Source: Caballeronia sp.
Lineage (GTDB): Bacteria; Pseudomonadota; Gammaproteobacteria; Burkholderiales; Burkholderiaceae
DNA length: 64,000 nucleotides
Assembly (NCBI RefSeq): GCF_028292365.1
Contig: NZ_JAQGMM010000244.1
Location: 12,898 to 76,897, forward strand
Direction of reading: 5' to 3'
A model generated the notes under the pieces. The model saw only the letters and a program-made list of their open reading frames with translations. It did no database searches and was not told the DNA's origin. The position numbers and the translations under genes are program-made. Shown piece by piece: positions 1 to 9,937 of this stretch (its first letter is position 1; every line of letters begins with the position of its first letter).

Positions 1-879
1 CGCTCAAACAGCATGCGGGGCAGAATCAGTCCAACGGTCATGGCAAGGACGATCAGGAACGCCATGGCGCTGTTCGCAACGACGGCCGGGACAAGGTTAA
101 GGTCGGCCGATGCGCGAGGTCCGATGGTGACCAACTCAAGCAGCGCGCTTGCGGCACGGAACAGGAAGATGCCCGGCATCATCGAGACGACCGCAGAAAA
201 GCCGACGGCGGCAAAGGGGAGGCGCAGGCGATCGACGATCGGTGTGACGATCAGGCCGGCTAGCAGACAGGCGAAGAACGCCGCTGTCGCGGTGCGCGTC
301 TGAAAGGTGGAGGCGACTTGCAATGGCGCCGATCAAGCCGGCGATCGTGGCCGCGGAAAGCGGTTCGAGGAAAGGATTGCCGCCAAGCTTTCCTTGCCAT
401 CGACGGACAAGGGCCCCGGCACCGGCGCTTACGGCGATCAGCGCCAGGCTCGCGACATCGTACACGCCGTAGATCACGCCGAGAGACGCTGCGCCGATGG
501 CCGCGAAAACAGTGAAGCGAAGTATCGCGACGGGCGGCATACCCCCTGCGGTTACGAGCGCCGGGCGCGCGGCTGCACTTGGCACGGCGCCGTCGCACAC
601 TTGATGCACGATTGTCTGGACGGCCAGGACCTTGCCCATGTCTACGCCTAGCGGCGCGGCTGGGACAATTTCCGAGAAGGAGGTGTGGTCAAGCTCGACC
701 ACGAGTTCGTCCCAGTGCGGTAACACCCTGACCGGCACGCCGAGGGCGCGTCCGAGTTGCCGTGCCGCGACGACAGTCCTTTCCGTGGTCTGTCCGTGCA
801 TGAACAGGAGCGAGGCTGCCAATGCGACGGTGTCCACCTCGTCCGTGGAGACTCGGCCAGGGATGGCGTCTTTGTTCAT
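1..879 (-). pseudogene. Threonine/serine exporter ThrE-family membrane protein, internally deleted and frameshifted; 3' end runs off the window
   Basis: ATG at 879 with GAGGAG RBS. N-terminal ThrE-like segment (LLFMHGQTTERT...PLGVDMGKV, TM helices) up to about 298. In another frame from 290 it reads ATAAFFACLLAGLIVTPIVDRLRLPFAAVGFSAVVSMMPG...ILPRMLFE, a ThrE C-terminal-like segment. Confidence 0.7.
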
Positions 880-1015
880 TGCGTTCTCCTCTGGCCGCGG
901 CCCCACCATCAGCGCTACTCACTATGCTTTGATAGTAGTGAGCGCGGCATCGGGTGGCTATTACATGAAGCTGGAACTCCCGTGTGTCTGGCGTTGTCGA
1001 GGTGCCCCGGCCAAG

Positions 1016-4000
1016 TCATTTGGCGCCCACCTCCAGTTGGGAAACCTGCACAGGCAAGACTGGCAGGACGACGCTGAAGGTTGCTCCGTAGCCCTCATTA
1101 TTGGAGGCGGTAAGACGACCCTCATGCGCTTCGATAATGGAGCGCGACACCGCAAGCCCGATGCCCATCCCCTTGTTCTTCGTCGTGACGAATGCGTCAA
1201 ATATGCTGTCGCCACCCACGATGCCCGAACCGTTGTCGATAACTTCGAGCAGCACGGACTGGTTGTCAAAGGGGCTTGCGGCAATGACAATCCTGGGTAC
1301 GCGTCCTGTGTTTTCTGCAGCCTCTATTCCATTCGTAATGAGATTAAGAAGGACCTGCTGAATTTGTATCTGGTCGACGAACACCGGAGGCAAGCCATCA
1401 GGCAAGTCGAGGTCGATGTCGGCGGTACGCCGGGTTTCGTCTTCGCGGAGCAGCCGTACGGCTTCGAGTACCATGTCTTTCACATTCCTCTCCCGCTTCT
1501 TGAAGGTTTGCCGCTTGAACAATGCGCGGATGCTCAGCATTGTCTCGTCAGCGGAACGGGCATCCCGAACGACGCTCTCCACTGAAGCCCTGGCTTCGCT
1601 CAAATTTGGCGGAGACGCCGCAAGCCACCGCTTGCAAGCCTGCGCATTGGCGATAACGGACGTGAGAGGCTGATTGAGTTCGTGAGCGATCGACGCCGAA
1701 AGCTCCGCGACCGTGGCAATCCGGGTGGCCCGGGCGAGTTCAGCCTGAGCCTGTTTGAGCCGGTCCTCCGCACGCTTCGGTTCGTCAATATCAAGGCAGA
1801 GTCCGTACCATTGGACAATGTTGCCGTCGGCGTCTCTCATTGCTTCGGCGGTGTGCTGGTACCACCGGTAAACCCCATCCCGCCGGCGAAGCCGGGCAAC
1901 GTGGCTGTACGGTTCGCCAGTCTCGACCGAGCGTGTCCACGCTTGAAGCAAGCTGCCCAGGTCGTCAGGGTGAATGGCCCTCTGATAGCTGAGGCCCGCG
2001 AGCTGCGAAATACCCAGACCGAGGAAGTCGGAAGTTTTCTGATTGATGTAAATGAGCCTGCCTTGTGGGTCATTGCACCAGAGCATGGCCGGGATGGTCT
2101 CGATCAGCTTGCGTAGTTGCAGTTCCCGTTGTTCCAGCGCCGCTTCCGTTTGCTTGAGATCGTTGATGTCTGTACATACGCCGTACCAGTGCAGGATCTG
2201 TCCGCTTTTGTCGCGAAACGGTTCGCCACGCGCGAGATACCAGTGCAACTTCCCGTCCGCGCCAATAACCTGGTACGTGTCCTGATAGGACACACCTTCC
2301 TGGACAGCTCCCCTCCAGCGCGAGCGGACACGAAGACGGTCAGCTTCCGGGATCAGATTAAGCAACATTTCCCTGTCGAATTCCTGACCGCTCTTACCCA
2401 TGAACGTCAGCATTTGCGGATTCCATCTGTCGACATCTCCTTGCGGCGTCGCTCTCCAGATCATCGCGGGCAATGCGTCCACCAGCCTTCGCAAATTAAA
2501 CTCTTCGTTGCGAAGGGCCTCCTGTGCTAACTGCCGTTCGTGGATATCCGTGGACAGTCCATACCAATTCACGATCTCGCCGTTGGCACCCCGCATAGGC
2601 GTGCCTTTGCATTGAAACCAGCGATACGTGTTGTCAATTGAGCGGAGCCGAAGAACACAGTCATAAGGTTTTCCACTATCGAGGGAATCTCGCCAGGCTT
2701 CGATGGTTGACGCGTAGTCATCCGGGTGCACCAGGTGAAGCCAGCCGTTTGCTATCAAATCATCGAGCCGCAGCCCGGTGTAGTCTTCAGTGCGCTTGTT
2801 TACATATTCGAGGCGGCCATGAGAGTCTGTACGCCAGAGCAGGCTGGGAACAGTCTCCGCCAGCCAATTCAGTTGAACTTCACGTTCACGGACGACCTCT
2901 TTGGACTTGTAGAGATCGTCAATGTCCATATTCACGGCGTACCACTTATAGACACTTCCGTTATCGTTAAAATAGGGAACGGAACGCGAGTGACGCCACC
3001 GATACTCACAGCCGTGGTCCGCCCATCGATAGGTCGTATCGAACGTGCTCTTTTCCTGAACAGAGCGAAGATATCCCGCCTTGATTCTGTCGCGGTCATC
3101 GGGGTGAATAAAGTGCAGGAAGCCGAGATTCTGCATGCCCTCAAGCGTGGTTCCCGCTTCGTCAAGAATCTCCTGATTGATGTAGTCGAAATCCTGCTCT
3201 GTGCGCGTGGCAAAGCGGCCCGGTAAGCGATCGAGGAGCTCCCTGGCTTCTCTCTCACTTGCCGCTAACGCCTGTTGAGCCTTGATCGTCTCTTCAATTT
3301 CTATGCCGATGAGGTACCAGTTGATGACATCCCCGTTTGAGCAGCGTGATGGCTCGGCTAAAAGATGCTGCCAGCGGTATACGCCATCGTGCTGCAGCAT
3401 CCTCACGGCAAGGACGACCGGTTCACACGCGGCAATGCTCGCGTTCCACTGCTGTCGTGCGGCCTGCACGTCATCGGGATGAATGGACGTCATCCATCCG
3501 TCGCCGACTATTTCCTCTAGCGGTCTTCCCAGGTTGGCAACACCCACTTTATTCACGTAGAGGAGCTCGCCGGTGGGTCCACCCACATAGACGCATGCCG
3601 GCACGCTATCCACAATGCGCCGATACGTTTCCTCTTCGGCTCGGAGAAAAAATTCCGCGGTCTTCCGGTCGTGTATGTCCCAGCTCACAACGACCCATCG
3701 CAGGAGCCGGCCACTGTCGCTTCTGATGGCTTTGACACGGCAGAGGAACCATCGGTAGATGCCGTCCGACCGCCTGAGTCGGAACTCGAGCTCTCCCTCG
3801 TCGTTTCCGGACACGAGTGCGTCCCAATAGCGGTCGTTTGCCTGATGGTCATCCGGGTGGATTGCAGCACGGAAAATGTCGTAGCTATGTACTTCTTTTA
3901 TGCCTGTGTATTCGCACAAGCTAGGACTGAGATATTCGATGGAGCCATTGGGCAGCACAGTCCATGCGTGGCCGGGAAAAAGATTGCTGACGCTTTGAAG

Positions 4001-4726
4001 CGTCTGGTTTCGTTCGCGGAGTTGCTCTTCCTCGTTTTTTTGTTTGTTGATGTTCCAGTGCATGCCATACACGCGCGAGACTTCGTTGTTCTGGTCACGT
4101 TGTGTGTGAAGCACTGCTGCAAACCACTCGTAGTTCCCGGCCCTTGACCTGTAGCGGCATTGGAATTCCTGGGCTTCTCCCGTTTCTTTCGCGCGTTGAA
4201 ATGCTTGCGCCGGGATCGCTACGTCGTCCGGATGCGTAAGCGTATAAGGCCAGCGCAGTTGTTCAAACGTTTGACCCGAATAGTCCATGACTGATTGACT
4301 GACATATTCAAGTTCGCCCTCTACGGTTCGAGACCAGATATTCCGGCTGAGCTGGTCAATCGGCAGGTCGAACGGGTCATCTTTCAATCGGGCCGTCGAG
4401 CCTGGCCGCCGGGGGCGCCGGGAAACCAGCTCGGCACATAGCCATGCCGCGGCGATCGCGACGAGCGCGATGGCGCAACGGCTGACAGAGTCAGAGGCCA
4501 GAGGAGGGTGACTGGAAGCCAACATGGCTGCGGCGATCCCAAGCGAGGTGAAACCCGCGGAGAGACGTCCAAGGCTGCGGCCGAAAAAGTGCGTGAACAG
4601 GACAACCAAAACGAGGCTAAGGCAGCCCGTAATCGGCTCGAGTAATCCTGCCGCTGCTGACGCACCCGCTATGGCGATGCTAAGGGCGGCACCCCTGGAT
4701 GAGCGCGGTATCAACACGGTAAGCAT
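1016..4726 (-). CDS. Membrane-anchored multi-PAS (7 PAS/PAC) sensor histidine kinase, FixL/NodV-like
   Basis: N-terminal TM helices; seven repeats with HPDD/YRW/DI motifs; H-box ASIAHELNQPL; HATPase motifs NLITNG, DNGSG, GMGIGL. Start chosen at ATG 4726 after GAGG. Confidence 0.93.
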   Translation of the reverse strand: MLTVLIPRSSRGAALSIAIAGASAAAGLLEPITGCLSLVLVVLFTHFFGRSLGRLSAGFTSLGIAAAMLASSHPPLASDSVSRCAIALVAIAAAWLCAELVSRRPRRPGSTARLKDDPFDLPIDQLSRNIWSRTVEGELEYVSQSVMDYSGQTFEQLRWPYTLTHPDDVAIPAQAFQRAKETGEAQEFQCRYRSRAGNYEWFAAVLHTQRDQNNEVSRVYGMHWNINKQKNEEEQLRERNQTLQSVSNLFPGHAWTVLPNGSIEYLSPSLCEYTGIKEVHSYDIFRAAIHPDDHQANDRYWDALVSGNDEGELEFRLRRSDGIYRWFLCRVKAIRSDSGRLLRWVVVSWDIHDRKTAEFFLRAEEETYRRIVDSVPACVYVGGPTGELLYVNKVGVANLGRPLEEIVGDGWMTSIHPDDVQAARQQWNASIAACEPVVLAVRMLQHDGVYRWQHLLAEPSRCSNGDVINWYLIGIEIEETIKAQQALAASEREARELLDRLPGRFATRTEQDFDYINQEILDEAGTTLEGMQNLGFLHFIHPDDRDRIKAGYLRSVQEKSTFDTTYRWADHGCEYRWRHSRSVPYFNDNGSVYKWYAVNMDIDDLYKSKEVVREREVQLNWLAETVPSLLWRTDSHGRLEYVNKRTEDYTGLRLDDLIANGWLHLVHPDDYASTIEAWRDSLDSGKPYDCVLRLRSIDNTYRWFQCKGTPMRGANGEIVNWYGLSTDIHERQLAQEALRNEEFNLRRLVDALPAMIWRATPQGDVDRWNPQMLTFMGKSGQEFDREMLLNLIPEADRLRVRSRWRGAVQEGVSYQDTYQVIGADGKLHWYLARGEPFRDKSGQILHWYGVCTDINDLKQTEAALEQRELQLRKLIETIPAMLWCNDPQGRLIYINQKTSDFLGLGISQLAGLSYQRAIHPDDLGSLLQAWTRSVETGEPYSHVARLRRRDGVYRWYQHTAEAMRDADGNIVQWYGLCLDIDEPKRAEDRLKQAQAELARATRIATVAELSASIAHELNQPLTSVIANAQACKRWLAASPPNLSEARASVESVVRDARSADETMLSIRALFKRQTFKKRERNVKDMVLEAVRLLREDETRRTADIDLDLPDGLPPVFVDQIQIQQVLLNLITNGIEAAENTGRVPRIVIAASPFDNQSVLLEVIDNGSGIVGGDSIFDAFVTTKNKGMGIGLAVSRSIIEAHEGRLTASNNEGYGATFSVVLPVLPVQVSQLEVGAK

Positions 4727-5138
4727 GTCAACCTCGGAGTTCGTCGGCGCATTGAATAGTGATACTCCGCATTTTCCCGCGAATCGCGGGACTTTCAAGC
4801 GCAACGATCCCTTGCTTGCAAATTAAGCGAGAAGTGTCGCCGGTTATTTTGTGTGGTTTGGTGTGGTATTTGCGAGGTCTGATCGCGCACACCGCTGTGG
4901 CGCGGATCAATTACGAGGGCAATGGAGACACGTCATACCATTGCGAATGGCTGACTGCATCTGGGAGGATCAAAGCTTTTCGACGATGCAGTTTTGAAGA
5001 AGATGGTCCGACTGTCAAGGGTCCAGCTGCCGCAAGACTGACCGCCTGTTTGCGCGCACCGCATCAGGCTCCGCCGCAGGCACCGCCGGTCAGGCCGATG
5101 AGGAATAAATAAATGTACAAGGTCATATTGGGCCGCGC

Positions 5139-5158
5139 CATTACATAATCATGTAATG
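5139..5158. promoter_or_regulatory. Palindromic operator candidate CATTACAT-N4-ATGTAATG in the divergent kinase/regulator intergenic region
   Basis: Perfect 8-bp arms read directly from the sequence, in an AT-rich patch. Confidence 0.45.
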
Positions 5159-5309
5159 CAAAACACGGCTGTCTGCGCTTCCGGGCGCCGATTCCGGCAG
5201 CTATAATTTTTTGTCGGCGCGACCGCGAGAGAGAAACATTCGGCGAGATTATCGTGGACCGGATGTGCCGGCGTCGGGAGAGGCTTTCAGCGGGTAACGG
5301 AGGGAATCA

Positions 5310-5948
5310 ATGCAGTCCGCAAGTGAACTGGTGTATGTGGTCGACGACGACAAACGAGTGCGAGAAGCACTCTCTGCGCTGCTGCGTGCAAATGGAAGAG
5401 ACGTCCACGCATTCAACTCCGGCAGGGAATTCCTGGACACGCCGCGTCAAGAAGCCATTGCGTGTCTGATCCTGGATTTGAGAATGCCAGGCATGAATGG
5501 GCTGGAAGTACAGGAGCTTGTCAGCAGGGACTCACAGATCCCCGTCATTTTCATTACCGGAAGGGGCGATGTGCCGTCCACGGTGCTTGCCATGAAGGGC
5601 GGGGCCGTCGACTTCCTCACGAAACCCCTTGATGAAGACGCCTTGATGCGCGCGGTTGATGCGGCACTCGCCCGCGCGCACGTGCTTCGCAAGGAGGCGG
5701 AAGATACAGCGGCGCTTCAGGCTCTTTACCAATCGCTGACGCCTCGCGAGCAGGAGCTTTTGCCGTTACTCGCAGGTGGTCTGCTCAACAAGCAGGCGGC
5801 GTCGGTACTGGGTATTACCGAATACACCGTGCAGGTACATCGCGGTCACATAATGAGAAAAATGCAAGCGGATTCATTTGCCGGCCTGGTCAGGCTAGCG
5901 AGCAAACTGCCGCTGGAAAGATCGTCGACGACGATGTTCGATGCCTGA
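5310..5948 (+). CDS. FixJ/NodW-type response regulator (REC + LuxR HTH)
   Basis: VVDDD, LILDLRMPG, FITG, FLTKP; HTH LTPREQE...LNKQ...TVQVHRGHIMRK. Confidence 0.95.
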   Translation: MQSASELVYVVDDDKRVREALSALLRANGRDVHAFNSGREFLDTPRQEAIACLILDLRMPGMNGLEVQELVSRDSQIPVIFITGRGDVPSTVLAMKGGAVDFLTKPLDEDALMRAVDAALARAHVLRKEAEDTAALQALYQSLTPREQELLPLLAGGLLNKQAASVLGITEYTVQVHRGHIMRKMQADSFAGLVRLASKLPLERSSTTMFDA

Positions 5949-5993
5949 CGCTAACGCTGATTCTTTGTTGTACTCGATGTCCCGGGGAAAAAA

Positions 5994-6359
5994 ATGTCCA
6001 CGCCTCCGGTTCGAACCGTTGCCGTGATTGATGATGACCGACGCGTGCTGACGTCTCTGGCGAACCTGTTGGCCTCGGGCGGCTATGGAACACGGGCCTA
6101 CGAATCTGCACTGGATTTTTTTTCAGATGGCCACTCGGGTCTTGTATGCGTGATCACCGACCTGGGAATGCGCCCCATTGACGGCATTCAAGTGCTTGAT
6201 AGAACGGTCCATTCGGTCGCAGCAACGCCCGTCATCATTATCACAGGCAAGCCGGGCGAGCATACGGAAGACTACTATTTGCAGAGAGGCGCACTAGGTT
6301 TCTTCAGGAAGCCTGTCGACGGGGACGCGTTGCTGGACCTGCTTGATAGTATTGCTTGA
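5994..6359 (+). CDS. Single-domain response regulator receiver
   Basis: VIDDD, VITDLGMR, IITG, FRKP; 121 aa with no output domain. Confidence 0.9.
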   Translation: MSTPPVRTVAVIDDDRRVLTSLANLLASGGYGTRAYESALDFFSDGHSGLVCVITDLGMRPIDGIQVLDRTVHSVAATPVIIITGKPGEHTEDYYLQRGALGFFRKPVDGDALLDLLDSIA

Positions 6360-6414
6360 ATAGTATTGCCTGAAGATCCGAAAGCCCGGGAATCTGTCGC
6401 GGCGTGATTGATTC

Positions 6415-6741
6415 ATGACATTGATTCCAACCGCAGGAATGACTTTGAAACGACATCTTCCACTCGTCAGAGGCAGATCTCCACAACGTGCAATCGCGAT
6501 TGTCGTGATTGCCGCGGGTCTCGTGTCAGGGTGCGCAAGTTCGCCATCCATTGGCGTGCTCGGCGCGTACTTTCCGGACTGGCTGTTCTGTATTGTCGGG
6601 GGCGTCGCGCTCACGGTCATCATCTATCTGATTCTCAAGCGTCTGCAGGTCGATCATCTGCTCGGACCTTCGGCCGTGGTGTATCCCACGCTTGTCGCTT
6701 TCATCGCACTCGCTGTCTGGTTGACGCTGTTCCAACATTGA
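6415..6741 (+). CDS. ytcA: YtcA-family lipoprotein
   Basis: Lipobox VSGC followed by SPSIGVLGAYFPDWLFC; lies directly upstream of mdtN, as in enterobacteria. Confidence 0.85.
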   Translation: MTLIPTAGMTLKRHLPLVRGRSPQRAIAIVVIAAGLVSGCASSPSIGVLGAYFPDWLFCIVGGVALTVIIYLILKRLQVDHLLGPSAVVYPTLVAFIALAVWLTLFQH

Positions 6742-6760
6742 ATCTCTTTCAGGTAGATGA

Positions 6761-7819
6761 ATGGCGACGACAGCCAGCAAAACATCGAAGCGCAAATGGC
6801 CGGCCATCATCCTGGTCGTGGTGACGCTATTGCTGCTTGTCTTCGTCATCCGGCTGTGGGACCGCACGCCGCGCACTGACGACGCCTATGTCTACGCGGA
6901 TACGATCGACGTCGTGCCCGAGGTCAGCGGGCGCATCGTCGAACTGGCCGTGCGTGACAATCAGGCGGTGAAGCAGGGCGATCTGCTGTTCCGCATTGAT
7001 CCGCGTCCGTATCAGGATGCGCTCGCGCGAGGCGGGGCATCGCTCGTTGCGCTCGACCGCCAGATCGAACTGACGCAGCGCTCGGTCAATGCGCAGCAGT
7101 ACAACGCGCAGTCCGTGCGCGCGGCCGTCGAGCGTGCGCGAGCAGCAGCCGGCCAGGCATCCGATACGCTGCACCGCATGGAGCCGCTTTTGTCGCACGG
7201 TTATGTGTCGGCGGAAGACGTCGATCGTGCGCGCACCGCACAACGCTCCACCCAGGCCGAACTCAGCGCCGCGCAACTGCAGGCGCAACAGGCGGCAGCG
7301 GCGGTGAGCGGTGTCGATGCGCTGGTCGCGCAACGTGCCGTCGTCATGGCGGAGATCGCGACCGCCGAACTGAACCTGGAGTATGCAACCGTGCGTGCTC
7401 CCTTCGACGGACGCATCGTGTCGTTGAAGACATCGACGGGGCAGTTCGCATCGGCGCTCAAACCTGTCTTCACGTTGATCGACACGCGCCATTGGTATGT
7501 GGTCGCGAACTTTCGCGAGACGGAACTCAAGGGTGTTCGTGCGGGCACCCCCGCCACGGTGTACCTGATGAGCGATACAGGCCAGCGGTTCCAGGGCGCG
7601 GTCGATTCAATCAGCTATGGCGTCTCGCCCGATGAAGGCGGCCTTGCGTTGCCCGGCGGCTTGCCGCGCATTCAACGCACGCTTAACTGGGTTCATGTGG
7701 CGCAGCGCTTCCCCGTGAAGATCCGGGTCGATCATCCAAACCCGGAGCTGTTTCGTGTCGGTACGTCGGCGGTGGCGGTGCTGGAACCCGGGCGCGGCAA
7801 CGACGGCGAGCGCCATTGA
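6761..7819 (+). CDS. mdtN: Multidrug efflux membrane fusion protein MdtN
   Basis: N-terminal TM, PRTDDAYV, lipoyl halves, coiled coil, NWVHVAQRFPVKI. Confidence 0.9.
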   Translation: MATTASKTSKRKWPAIILVVVTLLLLVFVIRLWDRTPRTDDAYVYADTIDVVPEVSGRIVELAVRDNQAVKQGDLLFRIDPRPYQDALARGGASLVALDRQIELTQRSVNAQQYNAQSVRAAVERARAAAGQASDTLHRMEPLLSHGYVSAEDVDRARTAQRSTQAELSAAQLQAQQAAAAVSGVDALVAQRAVVMAEIATAELNLEYATVRAPFDGRIVSLKTSTGQFASALKPVFTLIDTRHWYVVANFRETELKGVRAGTPATVYLMSDTGQRFQGAVDSISYGVSPDEGGLALPGGLPRIQRTLNWVHVAQRFPVKIRVDHPNPELFRVGTSAVAVLEPGRGNDGERH

Positions 7820-7828
7820 GGAGCGCCC

Positions 7829-9937
7829 ATGGCCGCATCTGATTACCTTCCCGACGCACTGCGCGACGCCGGCGATTTCCTGAAGCGCGAGCTTGCGCCT
7901 TTCCCTGGGCGTTTCAACGTGATGTTGCGTTGCATGCTGACGAGCGCCATTGTGATCGTCGCGTCGATGGCGCTCGAAGTGCCGGAGCTCGCGCTGTCGC
8001 TGCTGGTCGTGTTCTACGTCACGCAGTCGAACGTGGTGCTCACGCGGCTGGTCGGCTTGATGTTCATCGTCGGATCGACGTTTGCAATCGGTCTGTCAAT
8101 CTTGCTGCTGAAGTTCACGTTCGACTATCCGTTGCTGCGTATCGTGATCGCCAGTCTGCTGTTCTTCGGCAGCGTGTACCTGCTTCGGGTTCTCAAGATT
8201 GGCGTCGTGTTCTTCATCGTCGCGATCGTCGTGATCTACGTGCAGAGCTTCGTCGACCAGACCGATCAGGCCGACCTGCTGATTCGCGCGGTGTTGTGGG
8301 TCTGGGTTGCCGTCAACTATCCGATCGCGCTGACGCTCGTGGTCAACACGTTGCTGTTGCCTGCCGAACCGCAATTGCAACTCAAGGCGGAAATCCATCG
8401 GCAACTCGCGGTACTGGACATGCGCCTGACGCAACTGATCGACGGCAGCACGAGCGCCGCGCCGATTACGCTTGCGGCCGTCCAGCAAGGCGCACTCACG
8501 CTGCAGAAGCTATTGCGATTCACGACGATGCGTGACGCCCACTTCCGCGAGCATCAGGCGGCGCAGCTTGCGTGCATCGCGACCGTGTCGCGTCTTTATC
8601 GCGGAGTGAGTGAATTGCAGCCTGCGTGGCCGGGCGCGACGGGAGCGCGGCTGGCGATGTTGCGTGAGTTGCACGCGAACGTGCGGGCGCTCGACGAAGC
8701 GGTGATATCGGGTGAGCCGTATCGTTACGTGAGCACGGCGACACCTGAAGAACGCAATGCAGCCGATACGATTCCTGCCGCAGGCGAATTGCAGCGAGCG
8801 CTGCATGCATACGCGGACGTCGTCGCAAGCGGTGAGGAACCCGGCAAGCCGCCCGCGAGCGAGCCGATGATCGCACCCGACGCATGGACCAATCCCGCGT
8901 ACATGCGCTTTTCGCTGAAGACACTGCTCGCTGTTCTCGTCTGCTACGTGTTCTACAACGCCGCGGACTGGCAGGGCGTTCATACGGTCATGCTGACCTG
9001 CCTGATCGTCGCGCTGCCGAGCCTGGGGGCATCGACGCAGCGCGCGTTGCTGCGGCTGAGTGGAGCCGCTGTGGGCAGCGCGCTGGCGCTGTTCATGGTG
9101 GTGTTCATCGTTCCGCATTTCGACGACATTGTCAGTTTGCTACTGATGACGTTGCCTGTTGTCGCACTCGGGGCGTGGATAGCGGCGGGTTCGGAGCGGA
9201 TCGGTTATGCCGGCCTCCAGGTGATGTTCACCTTCTCGCTCGCGGTGCTCGGAGAGTTCGGCCCATCAGCAAACCTTACTGAGATCCGCGACCGGATGGT
9301 GGGTATCCTGCTGGGCGTCTGCGTGGCGACCTTCGTGCAGATGTCGTTCTGGCGCGAAGGCGAGGGCGACGTGCTGCGGCAAAAACTCGCCACCCTGTTG
9401 CGCGCCATTGCCGCACAGTTGCTTTCTCCACAGGCGGGCGTCGACCAGCGGGACGAGATGCCGTATGTGCAGCGGCAACTGCAGGCGTGGGCCGTGTTGG
9501 CTGATTGCGAGGCAACCCTGTCGCGCGTCGCGCTCGAGCCCGACTGGCAGGAAGTGGAGCAGGCCCAACTGACATTGCGCGCGCAAACCATCCTCGCGCA
9601 GGGGCGCGAGATCATGCTTGCCGGCGATGCGTTGCGCAACACGCTCGCGGCGCAAGCGGGATCGTCGAGCCCGCGAACGGTCGATGCAGTGCGCTCGACG
9701 CAGGAACAAGCGTCAGCCGAACTCAACCGGTACGCGGATGAACTTGCATCCAACCCGCCCGCGGCCAGTGCGCCGCGACGCATCGGGATCGCTGCGCAAG
9801 CTGCTGATCCGGTCCCGCCATTCGATGCGTCGCTTATTGCCTCAGCAGAAGAACTGTCGCGGCAGCTCGCGGGGTTGCCGGACTGGGACGTCGAGGCACG
9901 CGTCGAGGCACCCTCACCAAAGGCCATACGCACATGA
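7829..9937 (+). CDS. mdtO: FUSC-family inner-membrane efflux subunit MdtO
   Basis: Two hydrophobic blocks; PDAWTNPAYMRFSLKT, WQGVHTVMLT, RDRMVGILLG motifs; operon position. Confidence 0.88.
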   Translation: MAASDYLPDALRDAGDFLKRELAPFPGRFNVMLRCMLTSAIVIVASMALEVPELALSLLVVFYVTQSNVVLTRLVGLMFIVGSTFAIGLSILLLKFTFDYPLLRIVIASLLFFGSVYLLRVLKIGVVFFIVAIVVIYVQSFVDQTDQADLLIRAVLWVWVAVNYPIALTLVVNTLLLPAEPQLQLKAEIHRQLAVLDMRLTQLIDGSTSAAPITLAAVQQGALTLQKLLRFTTMRDAHFREHQAAQLACIATVSRLYRGVSELQPAWPGATGARLAMLRELHANVRALDEAVISGEPYRYVSTATPEERNAADTIPAAGELQRALHAYADVVASGEEPGKPPASEPMIAPDAWTNPAYMRFSLKTLLAVLVCYVFYNAADWQGVHTVMLTCLIVALPSLGASTQRALLRLSGAAVGSALALFMVVFIVPHFDDIVSLLLMTLPVVALGAWIAAGSERIGYAGLQVMFTFSLAVLGEFGPSANLTEIRDRMVGILLGVCVATFVQMSFWREGEGDVLRQKLATLLRAIAAQLLSPQAGVDQRDEMPYVQRQLQAWAVLADCEATLSRVALEPDWQEVEQAQLTLRAQTILAQGREIMLAGDALRNTLAAQAGSSSPRTVDAVRSTQEQASAELNRYADELASNPPAASAPRRIGIAAQAADPVPPFDASLIASAEELSRQLAGLPDWDVEARVEAPSPKAIRT

